A DNA stretch of 55,056 nt, taken from positions 1 to 55,056 of the IMG/VR virus record IMGVR_UViG_3300020396_000292; one strand, written 5' to 3'. Numbering within the stretch: position 1 is the stretch's first letter; each line of letters starts with the position of its first letter. Positions 37,001 to 46,514 of the stretch are shown in pieces. Below the pieces are notes generated by a model. The model was not told the DNA's origin and made no database searches. It saw only the letters and a list, made by a program, of their open reading frames with translations. This DNA is from a virus. Lineage: Duplodnaviria; Caudoviricetes. A program made the position numbers and the translations under genes.

Positions 37001-40000
37001 AAGCAAAAATAGAAGCTATATTTTCTCCAGGTGTTGAGACCACTGACACAAGGGCCGCGCTATCTCAGTATGTGATAGACGGAAAAACCTATAGCAGAAG
37101 TGAGTTTTTAAAGAAGCTTGGTAGAATGAATGCTCGTCAGCTTACTGAGTTTAATGGTAAGGTTGCCAATGATAAAGAAGTTACTAATATATTAAATGAA
37201 AAATTAGATGCCGTTCAAATCAAAGAAACAGAGAGCGTGGATGCACGCGAACAAACCGAAGATAGCACAGGAGTGGGAGAAGGAGTATCCATCGAAGAAA
37301 CCCCAGGGGTTGAGACCACCGAAACGAAACAGTTAGTATTCAAAACCCCTGACGAAGCTGCCATATCTCCAGAGCAAAGAGAAATTTTTGGAGACACACA
37401 CACAGACAAAAGACTTCCTGGTAAGGCAGCTATAAAAGAAATCACAGATGCTGATGACCAAGGAGTTGCTACAGCCACATACGTAAATCAGGACACAGGA
37501 ATTGTTGATGCTATAATTAGTAGCACAGACGAAAATAATTTTGTTGGATACGTTAGGGTATATGAAGATGGCAAGGCAACAAATATGTTCTCCGCTAAGA
37601 TGGAGTCTACTGGAACAGCGTTCAAGAATATGATTACATCTGCTGAGGCTACACTACCAGATAATTCAGAGGTTGTGGAAACCAGTTCAATATCTGTAGG
37701 AGGATTAAAGTCCTTCAACAAATCTAACATGGATACTAAAGTTGATTCAGATGGTAATGTTGTCACTAGAAAAACAGCATATAGTAATGCAACAAAAGAA
37801 TCTGTAGCTGAAAAAGGTCAAGAGGCTTACAATAATTATTCAACCACAGAACTTGTTGAGGCTGAGGCTGAACTTGCTAAGATTGAGGCTGCCTACCCAG
37901 GTATAACCGCAACGATAAAGAAAAAGAAATCACCTCCTTCTCCACCGCCTAGGCCTGGAGAAAAGAAAGTGCCAAGAAAACCTAATACTTATAGTATTGA
38001 TATTGATTTACCTGTTATGGTTAAATCAAAGGCAAGCACAAAGACAACAACAGATACAAAGACAAAGGCAGAAACCATAGTTGCTGTGGCTCCGTTCTTT
38101 GATACCACAATTAAAACAGTTGAGGACGCTGTTGCCTTAAGAAAAACTAAAGAGTACCAGGCTTACAAAGAAAACTTAACCGCTATTGGAGAGCAGCTTG
38201 GTGTTGAGGTTGAGATTGAAGAAGGTATAGGTGGATACAAGAACGATGCTGGAAAAGAGATAGTTGAGATATCAACAAGGGTAGTGCTTAAGGATGCTTC
38301 AATAGAGCAGGCTCAAGAGTACGCTGCAATCTCAGCTGCGTTAGCTCCTGAAACTCAGGAGAGTAGCATAGCCGCAGAGTACGTAGAGGAGGGCTCTAAG
38401 GAGCACAACGGGAACGAGTATGTTCTTACCGTATCAGATAGTCAGGGTGTTATAAATGCATTAGAAAAAGCAGGCATAACAGACTTCAGTATCAATGAAG
38501 ATACAGGGGAGGTAAGTTTCATAAATATATTTGAATTTGATAACCCAGAACTACAAGATAAAATTGGTATCTTTGTAGAAGAATTAGAAGCTAACAACAT
38601 TACTTATGATAAACAAAGCTACCGACCAGTCAACTCCATCTATGTCGACCAGGGAAAAAGGAAAGAAATTCTTAGAAAGTCTGCGAGCAAACGGTCCCAA
38701 GACAGACAAACTGGGGGAGACCTTTATAGCACGCTCCTCAAAGCAATAGAGAACGACTCTAAGTTTGAGGGTGTTACTACCGAAGAATACTATTCAGGGT
38801 TTGAAGAACTCAAAGCAAGCGAGACAGCTGCAGCTCAAGAGGTTGCAGACCTAGAGGCAGACTTAGAATCAGAGTTTGAGAACGATGCCAATGTTGACTT
38901 CAAGTTAAAGGAGGAGCAGAGTAAAGAAGGATTCGCAGACGTGAATGAAATTGTTGAGGCAATGTCCGAAGATACGGATGGTGCGGTTGTCGAGATAACC
39001 GAGACAAACCCTAATGCTCCTAAGATTGATGTACAAGAACTAAACGAAAGATTAAAGAAGGACGGAGGAAGACCACTGCCTATTGTTTCAATAGATGTCA
39101 TTGATGGTATACCTACCATGTTCAGTATATCAGACCAGCTTAGAACTGGTAACGTAGTTAACCCATCCACAGGAAAGGTTATAAAAAATTTAAAGGGTGG
39201 TCTAGGATTTAACGGTGTGAAGGGTCATGAGAATCTTGCATGGGCAAGCATCGATACGAACACAGTCAAAGGCCAAATTTCTACAGCCACTAAGATATAC
39301 AATAACAACAAAGAACTTTTTAAGAATTGGTGGGCAGCTAATCCTGAGTATAACGGATTAGTTCCTATGTCAATTGTTAAGATGGAGACAGACTCTATAC
39401 TTAGCAATGAAGCTGTTGTTCGTGTAATGGCTGACAACATATCCTCGTTCCCTAAGGCTCAGAGAGTAGAAGCTTTGAATGTTTTTAGAGAGAGATTAGA
39501 AACAAAAAAAACCAAGCTACAGCAAGCTATAAAAGATGGAGTGGGTTTATCTGGCAAGGCGGTAAAACCTAGTACACTTAAGCAGTACGCTGAGCAAATA
39601 AAATCTATTGAGGATGTACAGAAAATGGATAAAAAAGTTAAGGCGAAAACTATAGATGGTTTACTAACGCCCAAAGCTTTAAAAAATCTAAAAGCTATAA
39701 CATCGGTCAATATAATCACAGGTAATCTAGGATATGGTAAGCCCAACAGCCCTACTGGTAAAGCAGTAAAACCTGGTACCCCATCGAATCCTGTTGCTAA
39801 AGCATTGCTTGGTGAAAAACCTTCAGCAGAAAGTAAAGCTAAACTACACCTTGGTTCTATCACTGATGTTCTTACAGAGCCTCAGCTTAAAAATACTCCT
39901 GTGCGCTCAGTATTTACAATCACAGGTATTGATGTTCTGAATCCTGGTATTGAAAAAACTAACCACCCAAACTATCCTGTTGGTCCTAGAGGAAAAATAA

Positions 40001-43000
40001 TAGGTGTTATAGAGCAGCCTCAATCTGTTCTTGAATTGTTTCCTTCTGCATATAATAATGCCGTACTTGGTAAAGCTAAAGAAGATGCAGGACAAAACAG
40101 AAAAAGGTCAGATAAGAAAAGATTATCTGAGGTTGTGCCTGTTCAAATGGGTATGACTAACAGAGAGTTCCAAGGAACTATTGTTGGTGTGACTGAAGAG
40201 GCTAGGCTTTTAGATTTTATGAACCGAAGCTTTCCTTTTGTTAATATATCTACCGACCAGGCCACTATGAACCAGTTGTTAGAGAGCCCTGACGTAACAG
40301 CTTATCTAAGAGGAGATTCAGTTGTGTATGGTATGACTAAGGATGGCAACATCTTTATTAATAAAGAAGTTCACGACTCAAAGTCTGAGCTGTACAACAC
40401 AGCTATTCATGAGATGGGTCATGTGTGGGTAAAGCATCTATCATTAACACCTAAGGGTAAGAAAATATATCAGCGTGGTGCAGAGATTGTACAGCAGACT
40501 GAGCTGTATAAGAAATTACTCAAGCGTTTTGATGGTGATGTAAACAAGGCTACTGAAGAAGCAATGGCAACACTCATCGGTAACAGAGGTGAGAGCGTAG
40601 TGGATGCGAGTTTGCAGCAGAAGGTTAAGGATTGGATTACTGCGGTGTGGGATTATGTAAGACAGGAATTTAAACTGTCTAAGGACCTAACAACAGAGGA
40701 GATTCAAGACCTAACAATGGATGAATTCCTAGGTACTGCAATGGCAGATATCTTTAGCGGTAAACCTATTAAGCTAACTGATGCTCAGTTAAAAACTTTC
40801 TCGACAGAACTTAAGGAAGCTATGCTTAAGTCTGACCAGAGTATGGCTTCTATAATAGAAACTGGTAGAAGAAACGGATTCTCAGATGCATCTATTAAAG
40901 CGGTACTTAAAGAAAGAAAGTTTCCAGCAGCAGATATAGCTGCTGCTATGGAAGTTAAGGTAGATGTGTTTACACAATTACCCGAAGCGTTTGGTAGGGT
41001 TGAAGGTGGTGTCAGTGAGGGGATGAAATTATATAGTGAGGTTAGACAAGCGGTATCTGACTTTGCATCCAAAGGTAAGACAATGGCAGAGGTTAGACAG
41101 AAAGCCATGGACCTGATGAAAGCTAATCCTATATACCAGGCTCAGCAAGAGCAGGTTCAGATGGAGCTTATGGTAGACTTTGACAAGACTTTAAATAGTC
41201 GCGCTAATGTTTCGGTGCAGAAAGAAATATCAGCTATTAGGAATAGCCTAAACCAGCGTAAGATAAATGAGAAGAATCTTAGGGCTTCACAGACTCAGCT
41301 TAAAAACTTTATAAGAAAGCAATTACCAAAGTCTAAAACATATACTCAGGCTCAAATAAATAAACTTATATCTAGGGTTGGTAAATCTACAGTTGATACA
41401 TTTCAGGCAGACACTGAGTATGTTATGAAAATTGTAGATAAGCAGAAGGCTAATATGCAGAAGGCTTTAGTTAAGGATATACTCAAGCTTGTTAAGTCAA
41501 AAGCCATGACAGCATTTACCAAGTCACGTAAGCGTAGAGCTAAAGGACTAAGTAAAGAGGGGCAGAGTTATTTCAACGCTGTCAAGCAGGTGCTAACCGC
41601 TGATGCTGATACGCTGCTTGATATACAACAGAAGCTTCAGAAAGAATCTGTAGAAATAAGTAACCTTATACAGAAACAATTAGACTTAAAGGCTATATCC
41701 CTAGCGAAGCAGAAAACTCAAGCTGGTAAAGAGTTATTAAAAAAACTAACTCTTACACAAAAAGAGCAGGCTCTATTAAACTTAGCGTTAGCATTTGATA
41801 CCTTTGGAGACGTTTCTAATTTGAGTCTTGAAGAAACTCAAGCCTTAATGCAGCAACTAAAAGATACTAAGGCTGAGTCTATCGCTGTGTTTAAGTCCAG
41901 AAGACTAGCAAGAGCTGAGGCTAACAAGAAAATGAAGGAGGAGGCTGATGCTCAGATTAAGGATACAAATCCTTTGCTCTTTGATGAGGATGGCAATGTT
42001 ATTAATGATGAACAGCGTTTAGCTAGGAGAGATAAAATACTTTCTCACTTCAGAAACTTTGAACTAGGAAAAGGATTCTCTACATTAGCTCAAAGCATGA
42101 GGTTTTCTAATGCTAGTAGCTATATTAAAAACTTTAAGTTGATGCTTCAGCATCTTGGTACCCTAAGCAATACTCTTGATAGGGTAACCAAAGGAAGGGA
42201 CTTCTTTACTAAGAATGTTTATGACGCTCTCAATAGAATGGATGACATAAGTATTGGTGGAGTTTACCAAACAAGACAGAAGCTTGATGACATTGCAAAT
42301 ACAATCCCTGGTATTACCAAAGGGATGAAACAAATATACCGAAAACTAAACACTGGCACTCATGAGCTTGTGTTAAAGAGAGGTGATACAGGAACAGAGT
42401 ACACTGATATATTTAATTCAGACCAGCTGATGCGTATATACGCACTTAGTTTGAACGATGTTCAAAGACAGAAGCTTGAGGCTCAAGGCATAACCCCTGA
42501 AACTATAGAGAGTATTAAAAATATTATAGGTCCAGAGGCGGTAGAATTTGCGGAGAAATCTGTTGACTTTCTAAGTAATGAATACTATGAGAGCGTTAAC
42601 AATGTTTACTCCTACGTCAATGATGTAAACCTAGGGTATGTAAACAACTACTTCCCAACGGCTACCATGTCAGCGGATACTTCAGCTGACATGATAAAGG
42701 GTGGAGACTTTAGCGGTGTGTTTAATTCTGAGACCTCTCCTGCTTTTAAAGAAAGAAGCAATAAGACTTCCGATATTAAATTAAAGGAATATGACTTTAC
42801 ATCTGTTCTTAATAATCATATTGAGAGCATGGAGAAGTATAAGGCTTATGCTGTAGGAACGCAGAGGCTAAACAACTTATTTAAGATTGAATCTGTACGT
42901 CAATTACTTAAAGAGACAGGTGTTGATGGTGCTATGAGGAAGGCTGTAAACTTTGCTATTAATCCAGACTCTGGAAAGGATGCTTCAGGAAATTTAAAAC

Positions 43001-44352
43001 TAATAAGCAAACTACAATCTAAGTTCACAGGATTTGCCTTGGCATTTAAGACTATACAAATACTTAAGCAGGCTACTTCTTTTGTAAACGCCTTTGAAGA
43101 CTACAGTTATTTTCCTCCGAACTCTAAGGTTCCTCGTGTAATTAGGAAGGCTGTTGACTATCCAATGTTTATGATTGATGGCGCGGCTAACGTACTATCT
43201 TTAGCTAAAGATTTAGTTGGAATGAAAGGACCTGTGCGACAGGCTATGGAGATATCTCCTACATTCAGGAAGAGGATAGAGCAGGGTATAGAGGGTGATG
43301 TGTACGGGCTAGAGTCTGGAGGGAAAACATTTAAGAAGAAATCATTGACAGGAGGTAAGCGTAAAAGAGCACAGCAAGGATTTAAAACAGCGGCTGCTGC
43401 TCCTACTGTGATTGGAGATGTGCTTGGTGTTATGGGTTACATGATTAACTATAAGCGTAACATAAAAAATGGTATGAGTAAGGCTGATGCTTTAAAAGCA
43501 TTTAACAATTACAATCCTACTCAGCAATCAAGAAGAGGAACAGATAAGATTCCTTTACAGATGAACAGCACTGTTTTTCAAAGAGCTTTTACCATGTTCG
43601 GTAGTACATTGTACCTTCAGATTAACAAGGTTATGCAGAGCACAACTAACATATCAAGAAGTATATCTCAAGGAAAAATGCCGCGCTCAAAAGACACGAG
43701 AGGTTTAGCATTAAACATGGCTGTAGCCAACGTACTGTTTGTTGGCGTATCTAACATAGCTAAGTTTGTGAAGGGAGATGACGAGGATAAAGATGCGGCA
43801 CTTATGAAAATGGCAGAGGCTATGATGGGACTTAATCTTATATACCAAATCCCATTTGTTGGCGGTACTATAGAAGGATTTGATGTTGCTGGTAGAATAA
43901 TATCTGGTGTACAAGGAGAGGAGTACAAAGAAGAAGGCCTTAGGTTTAGCGGTGACGTTGTTGACCCTCTAGCCAGTGTGGTATCTAAGTACAGAAAGCT
44001 TACTAAGAAAGATATAGGAGAAGTAGAGGCCGCACTTAGGGTACTAACAGAGATAACTATAGGGGCACAGCTCGACCCTTTCATTGGGTTATACAATATG
44101 TTTGGCGGTGAAGAGGAAGACCTTGATGATGCTACGTATGATGTTATGGGTATCTCTCCGTCTTACAGACCGAAGAATGAAGGAGGAGGAACATACACAC
44201 CAATGAGTAAGACCAAATTGAAGTCAATGTTTCCTGACATTTATAAGGATAAGTATGGTCCTGGAGGAACAAATGAAGATGCGGAAGAAATAAAGTCAGA
44301 TATTAGAAAGATGAAAAGAGATTTGAAGAAAGAAATATATGACGACTTTTAA
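34003..44352 (+). CDS. Giant internal virion / ejection protein (3449 aa) with glycine-zipper TM segment and HExxH zincin-like motif
   Basis: AAGTVTGAGIGAGVGAAGGGVGAVPGAIFG; AIHEMGHVW (HEMGH at 40408-40422) with downstream EEAMA; last gene of the structural arm. Confidence 0.85.
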   Translation: MLNIDKEQLEQSHRMFVAEGYKGSLEQFSELMKNNPAALNDMFGLYVQAGYRDSKDSYAELIGAKPPKTVKKKVVTESNVEDGSLDSSETDGSPIQNPTEAELENLLKAPQTQAQEPTGMYPDIDEVNAYREQETSTAGDTFDVLKAQNEIYQQQRPEDMAIFLAEEQERKNLEEQQRQDSLSLQLEGDAFLQDLSVINTELIKQDEETAIALLRSKFLKYGFTFEKTGMGDAVIVSNFDGTATETIDLQPFFSSSEVLESKKLKDFITNNAKQEYQDNEFDDLAFQSDKAQNLRIAPRINEDGTESTVLMTDYEANGRFYAIPTLFPKNPSFYGSKPKDWLELDFEEAKKLAEERGEVFEFETAEQAAKFAEGSWKDTHATNVIGKQLYSEAGLNFAAEDDKYQQYIKARDTRIFLNEQVDDLGRDLISELTPEEKELYGGYYVNGVLRDDAAQIAKEQREIENNLYLEVNSEEKIKLREDFDIKTHEKYEALSQKAAKDNRQLLFAQDELEVLSLKEFGVPVKDLNNVVPANETQAKLIDDLRIQTKSINVERQHAADLYETAKTFYSAKYDKSITQDMEDGAAAVYKELRAGLNDGNASEVILQLSTGMPFDFQNLDINNEEDVKKAAEMISALKGKNQGRKQSRQLSRWNRATGFRESLDAFNANPLETAFVMAINSIGMMLPYGAELVAAGTVTGAGIGAGVGAAGGGVGAVPGAIFGMRQGMKTGMAMTSFAMEYTNEFFAAMEDKGLDVLNPQDVVTAVNDPEIWATAKERGIARGVPIALVDFITAGAAGRVFKVGKTASTTRKIVTQTAERLVFDPLAEMTGEGLAQISVGDELDFKEIAAEGIGGFGNNTSSMIVNKVMDIKKMSKIELASKLTEMDFIVQELSQESDTRVSAWTNNMLELGQINADQAQRIQKNLGLSKDADNMLEFGIDKNSEKNTLVKTRLMQLLSAKEEYSADTNRKEVFGQKIKDINAEIAFLIENKKLAPENIKAKIEAIFSPGVETTDTRAALSQYVIDGKTYSRSEFLKKLGRMNARQLTEFNGKVANDKEVTNILNEKLDAVQIKETESVDAREQTEDSTGVGEGVSIEETPGVETTETKQLVFKTPDEAAISPEQREIFGDTHTDKRLPGKAAIKEITDADDQGVATATYVNQDTGIVDAIISSTDENNFVGYVRVYEDGKATNMFSAKMESTGTAFKNMITSAEATLPDNSEVVETSSISVGGLKSFNKSNMDTKVDSDGNVVTRKTAYSNATKESVAEKGQEAYNNYSTTELVEAEAELAKIEAAYPGITATIKKKKSPPSPPPRPGEKKVPRKPNTYSIDIDLPVMVKSKASTKTTTDTKTKAETIVAVAPFFDTTIKTVEDAVALRKTKEYQAYKENLTAIGEQLGVEVEIEEGIGGYKNDAGKEIVEISTRVVLKDASIEQAQEYAAISAALAPETQESSIAAEYVEEGSKEHNGNEYVLTVSDSQGVINALEKAGITDFSINEDTGEVSFINIFEFDNPELQDKIGIFVEELEANNITYDKQSYRPVNSIYVDQGKRKEILRKSASKRSQDRQTGGDLYSTLLKAIENDSKFEGVTTEEYYSGFEELKASETAAAQEVADLEADLESEFENDANVDFKLKEEQSKEGFADVNEIVEAMSEDTDGAVVEITETNPNAPKIDVQELNERLKKDGGRPLPIVSIDVIDGIPTMFSISDQLRTGNVVNPSTGKVIKNLKGGLGFNGVKGHENLAWASIDTNTVKGQISTATKIYNNNKELFKNWWAANPEYNGLVPMSIVKMETDSILSNEAVVRVMADNISSFPKAQRVEALNVFRERLETKKTKLQQAIKDGVGLSGKAVKPSTLKQYAEQIKSIEDVQKMDKKVKAKTIDGLLTPKALKNLKAITSVNIITGNLGYGKPNSPTGKAVKPGTPSNPVAKALLGEKPSAESKAKLHLGSITDVLTEPQLKNTPVRSVFTITGIDVLNPGIEKTNHPNYPVGPRGKIIGVIEQPQSVLELFPSAYNNAVLGKAKEDAGQNRKRSDKKRLSEVVPVQMGMTNREFQGTIVGVTEEARLLDFMNRSFPFVNISTDQATMNQLLESPDVTAYLRGDSVVYGMTKDGNIFINKEVHDSKSELYNTAIHEMGHVWVKHLSLTPKGKKIYQRGAEIVQQTELYKKLLKRFDGDVNKATEEAMATLIGNRGESVVDASLQQKVKDWITAVWDYVRQEFKLSKDLTTEEIQDLTMDEFLGTAMADIFSGKPIKLTDAQLKTFSTELKEAMLKSDQSMASIIETGRRNGFSDASIKAVLKERKFPAADIAAAMEVKVDVFTQLPEAFGRVEGGVSEGMKLYSEVRQAVSDFASKGKTMAEVRQKAMDLMKANPIYQAQQEQVQMELMVDFDKTLNSRANVSVQKEISAIRNSLNQRKINEKNLRASQTQLKNFIRKQLPKSKTYTQAQINKLISRVGKSTVDTFQADTEYVMKIVDKQKANMQKALVKDILKLVKSKAMTAFTKSRKRRAKGLSKEGQSYFNAVKQVLTADADTLLDIQQKLQKESVEISNLIQKQLDLKAISLAKQKTQAGKELLKKLTLTQKEQALLNLALAFDTFGDVSNLSLEETQALMQQLKDTKAESIAVFKSRRLARAEANKKMKEEADAQIKDTNPLLFDEDGNVINDEQRLARRDKILSHFRNFELGKGFSTLAQSMRFSNASSYIKNFKLMLQHLGTLSNTLDRVTKGRDFFTKNVYDALNRMDDISIGGVYQTRQKLDDIANTIPGITKGMKQIYRKLNTGTHELVLKRGDTGTEYTDIFNSDQLMRIYALSLNDVQRQKLEAQGITPETIESIKNIIGPEAVEFAEKSVDFLSNEYYESVNNVYSYVNDVNLGYVNNYFPTATMSADTSADMIKGGDFSGVFNSETSPAFKERSNKTSDIKLKEYDFTSVLNNHIESMEKYKAYAVGTQRLNNLFKIESVRQLLKETGVDGAMRKAVNFAINPDSGKDASGNLKLISKLQSKFTGFALAFKTIQILKQATSFVNAFEDYSYFPPNSKVPRVIRKAVDYPMFMIDGAANVLSLAKDLVGMKGPVRQAMEISPTFRKRIEQGIEGDVYGLESGGKTFKKKSLTGGKRKRAQQGFKTAAAAPTVIGDVLGVMGYMINYKRNIKNGMSKADALKAFNNYNPTQQSRRGTDKIPLQMNSTVFQRAFTMFGSTLYLQINKVMQSTTNISRSISQGKMPRSKDTRGLALNMAVANVLFVGVSNIAKFVKGDDEDKDAALMKMAEAMMGLNLIYQIPFVGGTIEGFDVAGRIISGVQGEEYKEEGLRFSGDVVDPLASVVSKYRKLTKKDIGEVEAALRVLTEITIGAQLDPFIGLYNMFGGEEEDLDDATYDVMGISPSYRPKNEGGGTYTPMSKTKLKSMFPDIYKDKYGPGGTNEDAEEIKSDIRKMKRDLKKEIYDDF
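37208..37336 (+). CDS. Nested +1-frame micro-gene MPFKSKKQRAWMHANKPKIAQEWEKEYPSKKPQGLRPPKRNS (42 aa)
   Basis: Hand-translated; resembles the MPFKS.AQR.WM.AN.P..A..W small basic phage proteins; AT-rich upstream. Confidence 0.65.
   Translation: MPFKSKKQRAWMHANKPKIAQEWEKEYPSKKPQGLRPPKRNS
38606..38749 (+). CDS. Nested +1-frame micro-gene MINKATDQSTPSMSTREKGKKFLESLRANGPKTDKLGETFIARSSKQ (47 aa)
   Basis: Hand-translated; AAAATTggTATCTTTGTA promoter-like motif (octamer 38568-38575) 30 nt upstream. Confidence 0.45.
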   Translation: MINKATDQSTPSMSTREKGKKFLESLRANGPKTDKLGETFIARSSKQ

Positions 44353-44727
44353 CTAATAGTGTCTGGCATAATTAAATGTCTTTTGTTTTGGGTACATTAC
44401 AACAAGCTCTGAGCTTAGTTCTGATGTGCCCTGCCAAGACACTGTGCCTGATATAGAATTTATCTTTCCGTACATGATACCATCAAGGCACGCCCATATT
44501 ATGACGGGGTTTAATCTTTTAAGGGAAAGCTTTGATAGATTGTTTAAGCTAACCTGCAAGGGGTAGCAGGATTTAATTTCTTTTTCTATTGGTATTACCA
44601 AGGTGAATGCTATTAGGTTACCATTCTTATCGTATACCCTGTAGTCTACATCATTAGTTCCTAGAGTTTTATAAGAGCCACCAAATCTTTCTGTAAACTT
44701 TACAATAGCTTTTTCTTTTTCAGACAT
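44353..44727 (-). CDS. Hypothetical protein, possible degenerate PD-(D/E)xK fold
   Basis: DVDYRVYD...IAF...PVIIWACLDG. Confidence 0.55.
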   Translation of the reverse strand: MSEKEKAIVKFTERFGGSYKTLGTNDVDYRVYDKNGNLIAFTLVIPIEKEIKSCYPLQVSLNNLSKLSLKRLNPVIIWACLDGIMYGKINSISGTVSWQGTSELSSELVVMYPKQKTFNYARHY

Positions 44728-45761
44728 TAGAATATATGAGTTAGTCTTGCTATCTGACCATATAGTTTATGGTGTATGAATGCCTCAACCCCCTCAACCG
44801 CACCAGTATATCCTTTCTTATGATGCCATGTGTCTGCTGTACTAGGACTTCTTAGGCTTTCAACCGTACACCCTATGTAATCTTTACTTGTCTTGTGATG
44901 AACATGGTGTGTATAAAAATATCTTTTAGTACAGTCTGTCCAGTCTTTACTCTCGTGAGCCATGAGGCTTGGAAGGTCTGCTGCTTTAGCTCCATCACCA
45001 TGAGTGGTTCCAATTAAGTTGTTGTGATATCTAAAGTATTTTCTATGAGCCATGCTGTTATCAAACGTAATGTTTTTACAGTGCCTGAAATGACTTTCGA
45101 TTGTCTGAGCTAACATGAATCCGCTTATGTAGTCATGGTTGCTTGGGTTAAAGGTGAAGTGAATATCAGATATTGATAACAGCAATTCAATAACATCAAC
45201 GTAAAGTTTTTTAGCAACTAAAAAATTCTCGTACCACATACCATCGGTATCCTGAGGGGTGCCTCCAGTAGTCTGCCTCTTAGGTGTGTCAATATGGAGT
45301 ATGTCATTACCTCCTATAAAGTTTATCATATCTATATCAAAACCATTGGATGATTTTAATATACCATTGATGCCGTTCAACACTCTTCTTACTGCTATCT
45401 GTGAATTATATTCTTGACCTGTCTCTAGCCTTGAACACAGCTTACCTATGTGTATGTCTGCTGGGTCCAGCACCATCAGGTGTCCTGACTTAGATTTTTT
45501 TCTGGTAATTTTTTTATACTTAGGAGAGTGCTTATCAAGTTCCTTAATTAGATTCTCAACAAAATCTTTTTGTTTCTGTATTTGGAAGTTAGGATTCTTT
45601 ACGAACAAGCTTGCCTTGTCGTTCTTTAACCACGCGTGCTTCACTGTATCTACATCAATACCACTGGCCTCAGCCGCTTTCTTTAAGCCTCTGTACTCTT
45701 CTATTATATTTAACTCATCAATTTTTAACCTTAACCTATTGGTCTTTGCTTTTTTTTTCAT
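44727..45761 (-). CDS. Calcineurin-like metallophosphoesterase / nuclease; start probably 45761
   Basis: ADIHIGK, GGNDILH, PSNHD, THGDG, HHVHH motifs. Confidence 0.85.
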   Translation of the reverse strand: MKKKAKTNRLRLKIDELNIIEEYRGLKKAAEASGIDVDTVKHAWLKNDKASLFVKNPNFQIQKQKDFVENLIKELDKHSPKYKKITRKKSKSGHLMVLDPADIHIGKLCSRLETGQEYNSQIAVRRVLNGINGILKSSNGFDIDMINFIGGNDILHIDTPKRQTTGGTPQDTDGMWYENFLVAKKLYVDVIELLLSISDIHFTFNPSNHDYISGFMLAQTIESHFRHCKNITFDNSMAHRKYFRYHNNLIGTTHGDGAKAADLPSLMAHESKDWTDCTKRYFYTHHVHHKTSKDYIGCTVESLRSPSTADTWHHKKGYTGAVEGVEAFIHHKLYGQIARLTHIF

Positions 45762-45771
45762 GACTGCTTTT

Positions 45772-45963
45772 TTATAAATCATCTTCCATTGAATCAATCA
45801 TATCCTTTAGGGTTAGGATTAATTCTTTAGAAATTTTTTTACAGTGGTCATAGTCATGGTCTATTAAAGACTCGTAGATTTCATCGCATGAGTCGTGAAG
45901 ATGGTTCGTTAAATTATTAACGTGCTCTATCCTTCTTTTCTCAAGAGATGTGTTGTTGTTCAT
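45772..45963 (-). CDS. Hypothetical protein
   Basis: 63 aa helical ORF in operon. Confidence 0.65.
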   Translation of the reverse strand: MNNNTSLEKRRIEHVNNLTNHLHDSCDEIYESLIDHDYDHCKKISKELILTLKDMIDSMEDDL

Positions 45964-45998
45964 TAGTCTATATTCATTGTAAAAAAACTTTTATATAA

Positions 45999-46514
45999 TC
46001 AATTACGTAGTCCATTTAAGTAAGTGTTTAGTTTACGTGTAGCTTCTTTTACGTTATCCTTGTTTACTCTTTCATGTATTGTTTTGTATATTTCAGGGTA
46101 TTTCAATTGTCTTTTTTGAAACTCTTCATGCTCTAAATTTAAACCATGCATATCCAAAGTTAACTTTTTTATTTTATTTCGCAAAGAAAATATTAATTTT
46201 TTACACTCAATTAAACTTAATTCTTGTTCCATGGTCGTTGGCTCTATGAATAATCTTAAGCAACGAGAGTACATCTCCCACAGTTTTTCGTCTGCTTTTA
46301 TAATATAATTAAATTGTTTATTGTAGTGAATAATTGTAGCGTGATGTTTGTTTATGCTTTTCCCTATCGTTGATAAGTTTTTATACCCCTCATTCATAAG
46401 TATCTTAGCGTATACCATCCTGCCTTCTACCTCTTTATTCTTTCTCGTCTTTGACATAACATCTATATCAAATACTTCGTTTACTATTATTTTAAGCCTG
46501 GTTTCTTTATCCAT
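45999..46514 (-). CDS. DnaA domain IV-like HTH protein with coiled-coil tail
   Basis: KTRK...VEGRM...LSTIGKSINKHHATIIHY resembles DnaA SL..IG..F.RDHTTV.H. Confidence 0.75.
   Translation of the reverse strand: MDKETRLKIIVNEVFDIDVMSKTRKNKEVEGRMVYAKILMNEGYKNLSTIGKSINKHHATIIHYNKQFNYIIKADEKLWEMYSRCLRLFIEPTTMEQELSLIECKKLIFSLRNKIKKLTLDMHGLNLEHEEFQKRQLKYPEIYKTIHERVNKDNVKEATRKLNTYLNGLRN

Noticed and set aside
34003-44352. Virion RNA polymerase as in crAss-like or N4-like giants
   Set aside because: I did not find a DxDxD (DFDID/DYDGD-type) catalytic motif or T7-like polymerase motifs; a profile search is needed to exclude it fully
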